Positions 37,275 through 49,934 are shown, counted from the whole stretch's first letter. The stretch: DNA of 63,342 nucleotides, filler included, from Octopus bimaculoides (GCF_001194135.2; 3 parts of 3 records of this genome joined end to end with filler, not necessarily neighbours in it), one strand, 5' to 3'. A program made the numbers and translations. The notes: generated from the letters alone by a model not told the origin.

Positions 37275-37753
37275 GACGCCCACAGCAGTGCTTTAAGGAC
37301 CAGTGTAAAACTACCCTGAAAGGATTCTCCATCGATGAAGGAAAAATGAGAAGAGTCAGCAAAGGGTCGCAGCAAAGGGTCGCAGCAAATGGATATCAGC
37401 TGTGGGCAGAGGAATCAAAGCTTATGAAAATGCCTCCATTCAAGAGGCTGAGGGGTAAAGACAAAACCGTTAGTGCTGAACAGTGGTAGATACTCTTGCC
37501 TCAGCATTCTTCTATTACACAAATTGTTTTAAAAAATGTCCAGCGTGTATCGGAGTTATCAGCCGTGAAATGTAGTGTGCTGCAAGACGTTAAGCAAAGA
37601 AGTCGGTCGCAGGAAACGAAGTTACTGTTTCTACAATACACTGTCGACCATCGACGAAAAATGCCAAAAGGATCACCATTTTCATCATTGGACAAAGTTC
37701 ATAGAAAAAAAATTAATACTACATGAGGAAGGTAACGAAATGGTTGTCATCAT

Positions 37754-38139
37754 TGCTGTTGGCACTCCGTCGCTTACGACGTCGAGGGTTCCAGTTGATC
37801 CGATCAACGGAACAGCCTGCTCGTGAAATTAACGTGCAAGTGGTTGAGCACTCCACAGACACGTGTACCCTTAACGTAGTTCTCGGGGGTATTCAGCGTG
37901 ACACAGTGTGACAAGGTTGGCCCTTTTGAATTACAGGCACAACAGAAACAGGAAGTAAGAGTGAGAGAAAGTTGTGGTGAAAGAGTACAGCATGGTTCGC
38001 CACCATCCCCTACCGGAGCCTCGTGGAGCTTTAGGTGTTTTCGCTCAATAAACACTCACAACGCCCGGTCTGGGAATCGAAACCGCGATCCTATGACCAC
38101 GAGTCCGCTGCCTTAACCACTGGGCCATTGCGCCTCCAC
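37754..38139 (-). mobile_element. tRNA-derived SINE family A, full length, with 13-bp TSD
   Basis: Highly similar to 31165-31537. TSD tggttgtcatcat / tggctgtcatcat. Confidence 0.93.
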
Positions 38140-38254
38140 TGGCTGTCATCATATGGAAGAATAAATCTACATTCATTTCTCATACCTCTGATTCTATGCA
38201 AGTATATATATTAATATATATGTTGAAAGTTTATAATCTGCAAATACCATCCTA

Positions 38255-38390
38255 GGTGGAGGCGCATGGCTTAGTGGTTAGGGTGTTGGACTTGGATTGC
38301 AAGACTAGTTTTCATTCCTTGACCGGGCGACGCGTTGTATTCTTGATCAAAACAATGTATTTCGCCTTTCTCCAGTCCACTCAGCCGGCA
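38255..38390 (+). mobile_element. tRNA-derived SINE head (CORE-like body), truncated
   Basis: gtggaggcgcatggcttagtggttaggg...ccagtccactcagc. Related to 8368-8490 and the reverse complement of 46380-46512. Confidence 0.75.
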
Positions 38391-39180
38391 CGAGAAAGAA
38401 AAAAGGGACAGGTAGTACAAAGAAGGACCCTTCATCAGTTGACGGCTGTCTATCTACTCCCCATTTCAAGCAATCAACGACAATATGAGTCTTCGAAGAC
38501 AGTTGCTCCCATAAATATCAAAATAAAATTCTGGATTTATGGAGCGTCAAAGTTAGGAACAAAAACAGGACAGTGGAGACATACAGTGAAACCGAAAGAA
38601 AACAAACATGGAGGGTCATTAGATCTGAACGAGGGGAGAAATAGTGAACGCTGAGAGAAATATCTTCTTTGGAAAGAGAAAATATAGAAGAGAGAGATGT
38701 AGGAGACGTCCAGTCCTTAGAAAGTCCGTGCGGGAAAGAAAGATGGTCACGTGAGGAAAAGAAAGATGAACGATGGTTACGTGTGAGCCACGAGATAAAG
38801 AGAAAAAGAGAAAGAAGCGGAGATATATATATAGAGAGAGAGAGAACGGTGAGAGGGAGAAAACGGGAGCTAGAGGGGATAGGGGAGAAAACAGTATAGA
38901 GTAGAGTCGCATCAAAAATGTTAAGATAAACTTACTTGNNNNNNNNNNNNNNNNNNNNNNNNNNNNNNNNNNNNNNNNNNNNNNNNNNNNNNNNNNNNNN
39001 NNNNNNNNNNNNNNNNNNNNNNNNNNNNNNNNNNNNNNNNNACAGGACGTCACCAACAGTAAACAACATGAAATATGAAAACAAATGAGTTAAATACGCA
39101 AATAACGAGAGAGAAAAAGGGACAAGTAATACAAAGAATGACCCTTCATCAGTTGTCGGCTGTCTATCTACTCCCCATGT
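38390..39180. mobile_element. Family 2 interspersed repeat (probably PLE-derived) with ~80-bp direct terminal repeats
   Basis: gggacaggtagtacaaagaaggacccttcatcagttgacggctgtctatctactccccat (about 38404-38464) recurs at about 39119-39179. Body is homologous to 1425-1810. Confidence 0.6.
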
Positions 39181-39514
39181 CATTTCCACTCTATGGATTT
39201 CTATGCAACGTTTCTTTGAACTCGTTGTAGTACTACACAGCTATTTCCCAGACTTTCGACTCCACCGCGAACATTAACTCACTTTCAAATTTCAAAAATC
39301 TTAAGAAAACACTAACCACCACAATTCATTCTCTCTGTCACCTTCCTTAAACTACTTTTTATACACTTCCTGTTTCTTCTATCGTTTTTTCCGTCCTCTA
39401 CCTATCTTTATGTATTTATTTACTTTTTCCTTCATTTTACACATTTCTCTATTGATCTTCATTTTATCTATGTATCTAATTTCATTTTAAATATTATATA
39501 TATACACATATATA

Positions 39515-39550
<36 letters not shown>

Positions 39551-39632
39551 TGTATGTATGTATGTACGTACGTATGTATGTATATATGTNNNNNNNNNNT
39601 ACGTATGTATGTATATATGTGTGTGTGAATAG

Positions 39633-39681
<49 letters not shown>

Positions 39682-40836
39682 TATATATATATAATTCTAT
39701 GTATATGTATAGATATATATGTGGGTATATACATATATTTTTTTATTCATTTATTGTGTATTTCATTTTTAAGGATACGGGAGCCAATTCTTGGGATAAA
39801 TGCAAACATCATGTTGTAAACTTCATGAAAGGGTTTCGTATCCTATCGATGTTTTTAATGATTGAAAATAAAAGCTCAATTTCTCTTTTAGAATTATCAG
39901 AAGCTCGACTATAATACCTTCACCTTTTATTTTTTTTTACTTGTCATCGGACTTCGGCCATGCTGAAGCACCGCCTTCAATGGTTTTACTCGAACAAGTC
40001 GGCCCCAGTTCTTTTTTTAAGTACTTATTCTATCGATAACTTTTGCCGAACCGCTAGGTTACAGACCTAAGAGATCAACACCGGTTGTCAACTAGCAAAG
40101 CCAAATTCAAATGTTAAATCTTAACACAGCAAACATTTATCCCAATATCAGAAAATTTTTTTCTCAATTCTCAAACATGTCTATGAATTGCATCATTCAA
40201 TTTTATTTCATAACAATACCTTAAAAATTTTTCCGCATATAGGCAAAAATAACTGACTCCACCAAAGTATGAAACAGCATTAAAAATTTTTTTTTTATGC
40301 AGCCACTTTAGATATTTCATAAGAAGAAACTTCTGTTTTTTCTCAAACCTGTTATACTTTTAAAAATATTTGTCACTTATGTTTGAGCAATCTTAAAATA
40401 ATTTGAAACTTTTCCTTGAAAACAGGCAGGTTTGATATGAAAATAGCTGTTTAACTTGCGAGAAAGCCTTGATTCATGCATTGTTTTACATCAACATGCC
40501 AGATCATGTAGTAAAATGAATCTTCAGTGCTATTTACATTCGGAAAATTGCAGCAAAAATGTGTGGAAGTGTCAGACGTGGCACGCTCACTATCATATTG
40601 ATTGTTTGACATCGTGTTTTTATTCTTCCCTTCCGTTTTATTTTGACATGCGCATTGCGTTTTTAATTCTTCTCTTCCGTTTTACGAATGCAATGTGCAC
40701 ATGCGCATTCCATGTTCGTACTTTCTTTTCCAATTCCTACTCAAAAATGTTTACGGATCACAACCATCACACGAACAAAGATTCGTGAGGAGCGCCTCAC
40801 GCTCTGATAGTTGTGAGAAAGAAACATCAAAGTTTA

Positions 40837-41266
40837 GACGCAGGAGTGGCTGTGTGGTAAGTAGCTTGCTTACCAACCACATGGTTCCGGGTTCAGTTCC
40901 ACTGCGTAGCACCTTGGGCAAGTGTCTTCTACTATAGCCTCGGGCCGACCAAAGCTTTGTGGGTGGATTTGGTAGACGGAAACTGAAAGAAGCCCGACGT
41001 ATATATGTATATGTATGTATGTATATATATATGTGTGTGTTTGTGTGTTTGTGTTTGTCCCCCCAATATCGCTTGACAACCGATGCTAGTGTGTTTACGT
41101 CTCCGTAACTTAGTGGTTCGGCAAAAAGAGACCGATAGAATAAGTACTAGGCTTACAAAGAATAAGTCCTGAGGTCAATTTGCTCGACTAAAGGCGGTGC
41201 TCCAGCATGGCCGCAATCAAATGACTGAAACAAGTAAAAGAGTAAAAGAGTAAAATAGTAAAAGAG
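40837..41266 (+). mobile_element. tRNA-derived SINE family B, full length
   Basis: A-box ggctgtgtggtaag, B-box gggttcagttcc, internal TA/TG microsatellite, (GTAAAAGA)n tail. Confidence 0.93.
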
Positions 41267-42489
41267 TTTGACCCTGCATCAAATGCGTTCGATGAGAGAT
41301 CGACTGTCGTAGGCCAGGGAACCAGATAAGCATTTTTCCCCTTGACATAATAATTATTACTCATAATAAAATATTCAAAACAAGCTAAAATATTACAGTC
41401 TGTTAGCCTCCTTCGCCAGTATACATAACTTCCACTTCATATGTATTTTACTTTATTTAATGGCTGTAACACCTTTAAAAAACATTTGTTTATTATCTAA
41501 ATGAGGAATTCATCAAGAAAGATGAAAGGAATGTTTTCATTCGCCAATCACTTATTTGCCATAAGTGGATGGCAACAAAATGGGGCTGAATGCAAAATCA
41601 CGTGGTTGCAAAAAAAAAGAGCTTTTTAATCACACAGCCAATGTCTGGGAAAACATTTCAAAATAATGCTAAATTCCTGCATAGAATAACCAAAATATAC
41701 CAAGTAACTGACACTTCCTAAATAATATCTTCTCTCATTGATAAAAGGTTGCACATTTTTAAAGAAGATGTGTTAAGTTCAGTGTTAGACTGGGAGAATT
41801 GGTAGATTCTCAGACAAAACACCTTGGAATATCTAATTCCAAATCTTTACGTTCCAGTATCAAATCCTGGGGTTAACTTTCACACTCTTTTTTTTCACCT
41901 CCAAGTTCCATGAACTAAAGTACCAATCAATACAAGAGCCGATTTAATTGATCAATATTGTTGTCTCTCAAGCTTTTTCAAATAACTATAATGGCCTCTG
42001 TTCCTCAGGGCCGGCTGATCTCGTGTTTCCAGTAGTCAGATACGCCTGTGCTTCTCATCTCTCCATCTCTCGTCACCCTCGTTGCGACCGGGCCGCCTAC
42101 TAACCACTATTTGCAGTCCTTCCTCCTCGGTACATCGATCCAACGGATCTTCTCCCAAGCTCATGTCCTGCCCGCGGTTGATTACCTTTGTAACAGACTA
42201 AATGAAATATTAACACCATCAATGCTCATTAGGCTCAGAAGTCTGGCAAATGTCATGCGCACTCATCTTTCCACCAGAGTCAGCAAGTAAAAGAAAGTGA
42301 GCAGGACTGAGAAACACAAACAAATGCTCAAGGTGATGCTTGTGTTTTGACCCTTTAAATGGCCTGTGTATCATATGTGTTACACAACACATATCCCATT
42401 GGCGTCCATGTACAATATGTGTTACGCATTCCCAAATTACTAGAGTAAGTACGGACTTATAAAAGGAAAGTTTTATTAACTGGCACTCT

Positions 42490-42700
42490 GTCGATTAGGG
42501 TTCCAATTGATCCGACCAATAGAACAGCCTGCTCGTGAAATTAACGTGCAAGGGGCTGAGCGCTCCACAAACACATATGCCCTTAGCGTAGTTCTCAAGG
42601 AGAGTCAGCATGACACAGAATGTGACAAGGCTGGCCCTTTGAATCACAGGTACAACTCATTTTTGCCAGTGGAATGGACTGAAGCTACGAGTCTTGCTCG
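42490..42700 (-). mobile_element. SINE family A 3' fragment
   Basis: gaacagcctgctcgtgaaattaacgtgcaag is shared with 31222 and 37810. Confidence 0.8.
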
Positions 42701-43179
42701 AGGACCCCTGCTCAGAACGGACGAAACAAAGGCTAACTAAGAGTCTCAAAAGAAAACTTGACGCTTAAGACAAACTTATGAAAATGCTTTGGACAGGCAA
42801 AGGGTTAAGGTTAGATGAGTGTACAAACCCTGGCGGTCATAATATTTCTATGGGGAACAGTGACCCCAAATATTATTAATTTTGAAAGACCTTGTGTCCG
42901 GTACAAGACGACAGAGAAAAGAAAGAAGAATGTACGGGCATTGGAATCGACGTCAGTTCAATCTTGTTCGAAATTATTCTCAGACGTCAAGATGTTTGAA
43001 CCAAAGACTGCAAGGTGTTTAGATACTGAAGACGGTTCTCCCCTTTTACTATCATTTGAACGCCCATTCTTGTCCATATTGTTCTCAGTGGGAAAGCAAG
43101 TACCACGCCGGAGTGCTACAAGCGACAAAATCTTATAGATAAGACTGTGGCCATGGTGGCAATTCACACAAACATGGCT

Positions 43180-43328
43180 ATCATCCCCAACATCATCGTC
43201 AGCATCATCATCATCATCATCATGAAGACTATAACCGCTACCACTACCACTATCACCAGCAATATCATCATCACTACCATCAGTATTATTTTATTCACGG
43301 TAGCGTGGTATTGAGATACACAACGCGC

Positions 43329-43394
<66 letters not shown>

Positions 43395-43599
43395 TGTTGT
43401 TGTTGTTGTTGTTGTTGCTGTTTGTGTTCGTGTTGTAGTAGCAGCTGCAGCAGCGACGGTGCCAATGGTGGTGGTAGTGATGGTGGCCGCAGTTGCAGTT
43501 TCGGTGGTAGTGGCTGTGTTCGCAGCAGTGGTTGCAATGTTTATTGTTGTTGTTGTTGTTGTTGTTGTGGTGGTGGTGGTGGTGGTGGTGTTGCTGTTG

Positions 43600-43631
<32 letters not shown>

Positions 43632-43900
43632 GGTGGTGGTGGCAGTAGTGTTTGTTAGTGGTGGCTGCAGTATCGGTGGTTGTTGTAACCATGGTAACGG
43701 TGGTTGTCGTGATAGTTGCAGTGATGATTGCTGTTGAGGCGGTAGTGGTCGTAGTGGTATTTATTGCTATTGTGGTGGTGGTGGTGGTAGTGGTGGTCGA
43801 AGATGTTAGTTGTGGCGACGGTTGAGGTGATTTTTGTTGGAGTGGTGGTGGAGGAGGTGGTGATAGTCACAGTGATGGTGATGGTGGTGATGGTCATGGT
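43180..43900. repeat. Compound trinucleotide array (CAT)n-(TAG)n-(TTG)n-(GGT)n running into a gap
   Basis: Read directly. Confidence 0.92.
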
Positions 43901-44905
43901 NNNNNNNNNNNNNNNNNNNNNNNNNNNNNNNNNNNNNNNNNNNNNNNNNNNNNNNNNNNNNNNNNNNNNNNNNNNNNNNNNNNNNNNNNNNNNNNNNNNN
44001 NNNNNNNNNNNNNNNNNNNNNNNNNNNNNNNNNNNNNNNNNNNNNNNNNNNNNNNNNNNNNNNNNNNNNNNNNNNNNNNNNNNNNNNNNNNNNNNNNNNN
44101 NNNNNNNNNNNNNNNNNNNNNNNNNNNNNNNNNNNNNNNNNNNNNNNNNNNNNNNNNNNNNNNNNNNNNNNNNNNNNNNNNNNNNNNNNNNNNNNNNNNN
44201 NNNNNNNNNNNNNNNNNNNNNNNNNNNNNNNNNNNNNNNNNNNNNNNNNNNNNNNNNNNNNNNNNNNNNNNNNNNNNNNNNNNNNNNNNNNNNNNNNNNN
44301 NNNNNNNNNNNNNNNNNNNNNNNNNNNNNNNNNNNNNNNNNNNNNNNNNNNNNNNNNNNNNNNNNNNNNNNNNNNNNNNNNNNNNNNNNNNNNNNNNNNN
44401 NNNNNNNNNNNNNNNNNNNNNNNNNNNNNNNNNNNNNNNNNNNNNNNNNNNNNNNNNNNNNNNNNNNNNNNNNNNNNNNNNNNNNNNNNNNNNNNNNNNN
44501 NNNNNNNNNNNNNNNNNNNNNNNNNNNNNNNNNNNNNNNNNNNNNNNNNNNNNNNNNNNNNNNNNNNNNNNNNNNNNNNNNNNNNNNNNNNNNNNNNNNN
44601 NNNNNNNNNNNNNNNNNNNNNNNNNNNNNNNNNNNNNNNNNNNNNNNNNNNNNNNNNNNNNNNNNNNNNNNNNNNNNNNNNNNNNNNNNNNNNNNNNNNN
44701 NNNNNNNNNNNNNNNNNNNNNNNNNNNNNNNNNNNNNNNNNNNNNNNNNNNNNNNNNNNNNNNNNNNNNNNNNNNNNNNNNNNNNNNNNNNNNNNNNNNN
44801 NNNNNNNNNNNNNATATATATATATATATATATATATACGAGAGCGCACAAATATATATGTATACCTACACACACACACACCAATATATATATATATATA
44901 TATAT

Positions 44906-44948
<43 letters not shown>

Positions 44949-45146
44949 ATATATACATATATATATTCACACATACATATATGTGTATCCATGTGATTGC
45001 GTGTGCATGTGTGTGTGTGTGTGTGTGTGTATTTATGAATGTGTATACATATGTGTTTGTATGACGGCGTATGTATATGTTAGTGTGTCTCTATACGTTC
45101 GTGCGTATGTGTCTGTATATGTACATGTGTGTATCAGTATATACGA

Positions 45147-45177
<31 letters not shown>

Positions 45178-45485
45178 ATGAATGGGAAAGCATATGTTTG
45201 CATGTTTGTTTAAGTATTCATATATATGTGGGAAGGAGAGGGTGTATATATGTGTGTGTGCATGCGTTATATATGTGTATGTCCGCATATATATGTGTGT
45301 CTTTGTGTATGTGTGTGTGTGCATATGTATATATGTGTGTGTCTGTATATATGTGTGTGTGCATGTGTTATATATGTTTATGTCTGTATATGTGTGTATG
45401 TGTGTATGAGTGAGTGTACATGTGTATATATGTGTACGTCTGTATATGTGTGTGTGTGTGTGCATGTGTATATAATTTATGGCTG

Positions 45486-45522
<37 letters not shown>

Positions 45523-45529
45523 ATTCATT

Positions 45530-45904
45530 TATTCTTTTACACGTTTCAGTCATTTGACTGTGGCCATGCTGGAGCACCACCTTTAGTCGAGCAAATCGAC
45601 CCCAGGACTTATTCTTTGTAAGCCTGGTACTTATTCTGTCGGTCTCTTTTGCCAAACCGCTATGTTTCGAGGGCATAAACACACCAACATCCGTTGTCAA
45701 GCGATGGTGGAGGTGGGGACAAACACTGACATAAAGACACAGACACATACACACATAGATAGATATACATATATATACGACGGGCTTCTTTCAGTTTCCG
45801 CCTACCAAATCCAATGACAAGGCTTTGGTCGGCCCGAGGCTATAGTAGAAGACACTTTCCCCCAAGGTGCCACACAGTGGGACTGAACGCGGAACCCTGT
45901 GGCT
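45530..45904 (-). mobile_element. SINE family B copy
   Basis: Reverse complement of 40870-41240. 5' end lost in the 10-N gap. Confidence 0.9.
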
Positions 45905-46099
45905 NNNNNNNNNNGTGTGTGTGCATGTCTATGTCTGTGTATTTATTATTTGTTTCAGTCATTGGACTGCGGCCTTACTGGAGCATTGCCTTGAAGAATT
46001 TTATGTATGTATGACTATATAAATGGTTCTAAATGCGTGTGTGCCCAATTGTGTGTGAATGTGTAGTCATGTAAGTATACTGTGTTCTCACATATAACT

Positions 46100-46255
46100 C
46101 ATATGTGTTTTACTCTTTCACTTGTTTCAGTCATTTGACTGCGATCATGCTGGAGCACCGCCTTTAGTCGAGCAAATCGACCCCAGGACTTATTCTTTGT
46201 AAGCCTAGTACTTATTCTATCGGTCTCTTTCGCCGAACCGCTAAGATACGGGGAC
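46100..46255 (-). mobile_element. SINE family B 3' fragment
   Basis: cttgtttcagtcatttgactgcg...gaaccgctaag. Confidence 0.85.
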
Positions 46256-46379
46256 GGAGATTTTGATAGCTGAGCTCTGATTGGGTGTATGCAAATGAGT
46301 TCATAACTGGGGTCCGGAACTCTCGTGGTAAAAAAATTTTTGCGGATGGGACGCCGGTCCGTGACAGGATTACTCGTTT

Positions 46380-46512
46380 TTACCAGCTGAATAGGCTGGA
46401 GTAACGTGAAATGAAGTGTTTTGTTCAAGAACACACTGCAACGTCCGATCCAGGAATCGAAACCACAATCAAAATCGTGAATCCAACACCCTAACCACTA
46501 AGCCATGCGCCT
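46380..46512 (-). mobile_element. tRNA-derived SINE head (CORE-like body), truncated
   Basis: Reverse complement of aggcgcatggcttagtggttagggtgttgg...ggtttcgattcctgg...cacttcatttcacgttactccagcc. Confidence 0.75.
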
Positions 46513-46711
46513 ACACGATTATACAATACCGAAACAAATTACCGACAAGCTTTGGACCGGAATTGTCCCGGATTTCTGTATTTTCCGGTTTTCTTGAGAC
46601 ACTCTAAACATATATACTAAATATATAAAATGAACTATGAAAAATAAACAGTTAAATTGTATTTAACAGATTCAAATTAATTCACTTCTAAAGCAGGGTC
46701 TCTTTGATATT

Positions 46712-47020
46712 TTTTGTGTGCCCTTCTAAAGCCTAGCCAGGCTCATGGGCCCGGTTTCCCGGTTTCTATGACGTATGTGTTTCCCCCAGCTGGACGGGAC
46801 GCCAGTCCATCGCAGCGTTACTCAAGAAACAGGAAGAAAGAATGAGAGAAAGTTGGGGCGAAAGAGTATAACAGGGGTCGCCACCACCCCCTGCCGGAGC
46901 CTCGTGGAGCTTTAGGTGTTTTCTCTCAATAAACACACACAACGCCCGGTTTGGGAATCGAAACCGCGATCCTCCGACCGCGAGTCCGCTGCCCTAACCA
47001 CTGGGCCATTACGCGTCCAC
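46712..47020 (-). mobile_element. SINE with family A head and a different, V-domain-like 3' half; exact 13-bp TSD
   Basis: The 5' ~190 bp match family A. Then ctgcgatggactggcgtcccgtccag. TSD tctctttgatatt at 46699-46711 and 47021-47033. Confidence 0.88.
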
Positions 47021-47289
47021 TCTCTTTGATATTAATCCACTTAAAATTCTTAAAACTTATCATATTGTATCATATATAGAGTGTATTGTTTATTAGATAA
47101 AAATTAAATGAAGAAAAGTAAAAAATAGAATTGCATTTAACAGATATAGGTACGAATTAATACATTTCTAAAGCAGAATATGTTTAATCTTTATCAATTT
47201 ACTAAAAGTAAAGAACAAAACTATTTCTAACACAGTGTGTGCAAATTAACCCACTTCAAAATGAGGTTTGTGCACTCAATACAGAGTAC

Positions 47290-47525
47290 AGTATATTGCA
47301 GGATATTGCCCCGTATCCCCAATTTTCTGGAAGCCGAAGAAGAGGTCGGGTACTGTATATTCTGTTTTGTGTCTGACATTATATGAAACGAAAGGGAACA
47401 CAGAACAACACCTAATGCTATTCCAGTTGTTATTATTACAGACTTTTCGGAGCGAGCTACGTCGGCTGCCACGATTCGACTTCGGTCTTTCAGGAAATCA
47501 GAGATCCAAGTATCCATTAGGTACA
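47290..47525 (-). mobile_element. CR1/L2-like LINE RT fragment (decayed)
   Basis: WISDFLKDRSRIVAAD...TTGIALGVVLCSLSFHI is a degenerate WIxxFLxxRxQ...SGVPQGxVLGPLLF. Confidence 0.65.
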
Positions 47526-47533
47526 TACTTATG

Positions 47534-47567
<34 letters not shown>

Positions 47568-47573
47568 CATACA

Positions 47574-47607
<34 letters not shown>

Positions 47608-47696
47608 CATACATACATATATACATACATGCCTACATACATACGTACATACATACATATACATAAATACATATATATATATAAATTGTATGTATG

Positions 47697-47753
<57 letters not shown>

Positions 47754-47829
47754 ATATGCATATATATGTATATATATGTGTGTGTGTGTGTATATATATC
47801 TATACACACACACATACATACATATATAT

Positions 47830-48230
47830 ATGTAGGAGTCGGAGCAAGAGAGGAGAGGGGAGGAGGGTGGATTAAGAGGAGAGGAGAGTTGAGCCCATGT
47901 GGCGCAAAGGAGCGAAGAGAGAAGATTAATCCCTGTTCACGGCGCAAACGGGAGTCCGGATGGCCCCAGTGCAAGGACAATCCGAACACAGACAGGTGTT
48001 GCAAAGAGTGACCGGTAGAGCGGAAATGGCGCGAGACCGGGGTGTCATTACCGCGTCGGATATCTCAGAAGTGTTCCGCGAACCAGTCAGCCAAGCGGCG
48101 TCCCATTTGCCCGATGTATAGAGAAGGGCAGAGAGAGCAGGAAATGCAGTAGATAACATTGGTAGAAGTGCAGAAGAAGGAGTCGGTGATATGATAGGGT
48201 CGATGATGGGTAGTAGGAAAATTCGTCGTA
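47830..48230 (-). mobile_element. Penelope-like GIY-YIG endonuclease 3' fragment
   Basis: One frame: [65 protein letters not shown]...[22 protein letters not shown]. Single in-frame stop at 48065-48067. Confidence 0.9.
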
Positions 48231-48489
48231 AGAAATTTCATTTTAAATGTTCTCATAACAGTAGTTTAATGTTTGACATTGAATATAGACCTATTTAATG
48301 CTTTTATAAAATCTTTTCTCATTCTTTATTTAATTTTTATTTTTAAAAATGCTTATATAATACGCTTTATCATTGTCCATTCGGCGAATTTGCTTCATGG
48401 CGAATATTCCTATACGGCGAAATTTCTTACTGTGAAGTTACCGGACACGCAAATCTGTTATCTTTCATCAAAGCCTAGACTCATGATGG

Positions 48490-48690
48490 CATCAGGCGAA
48501 CATTGTCCAGTAGTCAGAAGAACGACCAGAGAACCGTTCTCCAGAAAGTTGTCCAGTATTTAACGATTGCTGAATTATAAAATTGCGTCAATCAGATGTC
48601 AATACTCATAGGACAATTACGACTGTCCATCGTGAAAATTACTGCATGGTCTCGCTTTAACGAAGACGTGGGAGAAAATGCTGGCCTTAC
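48490..48690 (-). mobile_element. Possible mariner transposase C-terminal remnant
   Basis: gttaaatactggacaactttctggagaacgg resembles FKHLDNFLxGKxF. Highly degraded. Confidence 0.35.
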
Positions 48691-49019
48691 GTCTGCTGAT
48701 TATGGTGGATGATGTCGATAGGATTATATTTTGTTCTTTTTTTCAGTCATTAAACTGCGGCCATGATGGGGTACAGCCTTGAAAGGTTTTAATCGAAAAA
48801 AAAAAGACCCCAGGACATATCTGTTTTAAGCCTAGTACTTATTTTATGGGTTTCTTTTACCGAACCGCTAAGTTACGGGGACGTAACCACACCAACACCG
48901 GTTGTCAAGTAGTGGTGGGGGATAAACAGACACAAATACACAACCACACGCACGTACAAGCACACACATATTATGCATGTATGTATGTATATACATATAT
49001 ATATATGTATATATATATA

Positions 49020-49190
49020 GGGAGAATTTACAAAAACAACAAAAGACGAAGACAGGTGGTGTAGACAACAAACAGATGTATTAGCATAACGCTCGGGAAT
49101 TGAAAAAGTCTTTAACGTTTCGAGCCTACGCTCTTCCACAGAAAGGAACACAGAAAGAAACAAGGAGAGAAACAAGGAGAGGAAAATTAA
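49020..49190 (-). mobile_element. PLE-type terminal repeat (family 1), copy 2
   Basis: Near-identical to 4234-4400. Confidence 0.72.
49110..49145 (-). ncRNA. Minimal type I hammerhead-like motif, copy 2 (core CUGUGGA)
   Basis: Minus strand: CTTT-CTGTGGA-A-GAGC-GTAG-GCTC-GAAAC-GTT-AAAG. Confidence 0.55.
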
Positions 49191-49934
49191 GAAAGTATAA
49201 AAATAATAATAATAATAATAATAAAAGTTTTACATAAAGTTCACGACGGGCTTCTAGTTTCCGTCTACCAAATCCACTCACAAGGCTTTGGTCGGCCCAA
49301 GGTTATACTTAAAGACACTTGCCCAAAGTATCACCCAGTGGGACTGAACCAGGGACCATGTAATTGGGAAGCAAGCTTTTTACAACGCAGCCATTCGAGA
49401 ACAGGAATTTATTTCCAGAGCCAAAAGCTCATCACACCGTTGTGAAAAGCAGTAACGCAAAACTAGGAGTGGCGATTCTTCAAATTATGAATGCTAATTT
49501 CTGCTATTGTTATTAATTCTATCTATTAACTTGTTCACCGTGTTTCTACACACATGAGCGCATATATATAATATTAATACATAATATAAATAATATATAA
49601 ATATATGCATATAGCCATACATATATGTACATACCTACATCTATATGTATACATACATGCATATATGGGTACAGGACATGAAAAAAACGTTAAACACAAT
49701 GAGAAACGAAAACATAAAAACGAAAACATAAAAACGAAAACATAGAAAATGAACATTTTTCGAACAACGAAAATATCAGACAGAGAAACGAGACACAACA
49801 TAAAGAGTATACCCCTTCACATACATACATATTTTTATTTATTTAATTATATATTTATTTCTAATATAAGGATAACATTTTTCAAAACAAATTTCTATCA
49901 GTGGCCAGCATATTAAAATACCTTCAAGGTTAAA

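Larger units (their letters stand above)
48740..49395 (-). mobile_element. SINE family B copy split at its internal microsatellite by a PLE-type repeat
   Basis: 3' half at 48740-48960. Head resumes at about 49244 (cgacgggcttctagtttccgtctacc). Confidence 0.85.

Noticed and set aside
39130-39170. CTGATGA in family 2 repeats (also 1430, 38430) as a possible hammerhead
   Set aside because: No stem II followed by GAAA and no matching stem I could be found.
43291-43737. Poly-His/Gln/Tyr/Ser/Val ORFs, and similar Thr/Pro/His ORFs at 34223-34661
   Set aside because: Compound trinucleotide microsatellites open in several frames on both strands, with no splice or codon evidence.
46277-46296. CCAAT box plus octamer ATGCAAAT suggesting an snRNA or histone promoter
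   Set aside because: No snRNA or histone gene follows. It sits between SINE fragments next to hAT-MITE-like sequence.
31165-47020. tRNA-like A/B boxes
   Set aside because: They are SINE heads continuous with SINE bodies, tails and TSDs, and do not form complete cloverleafs.
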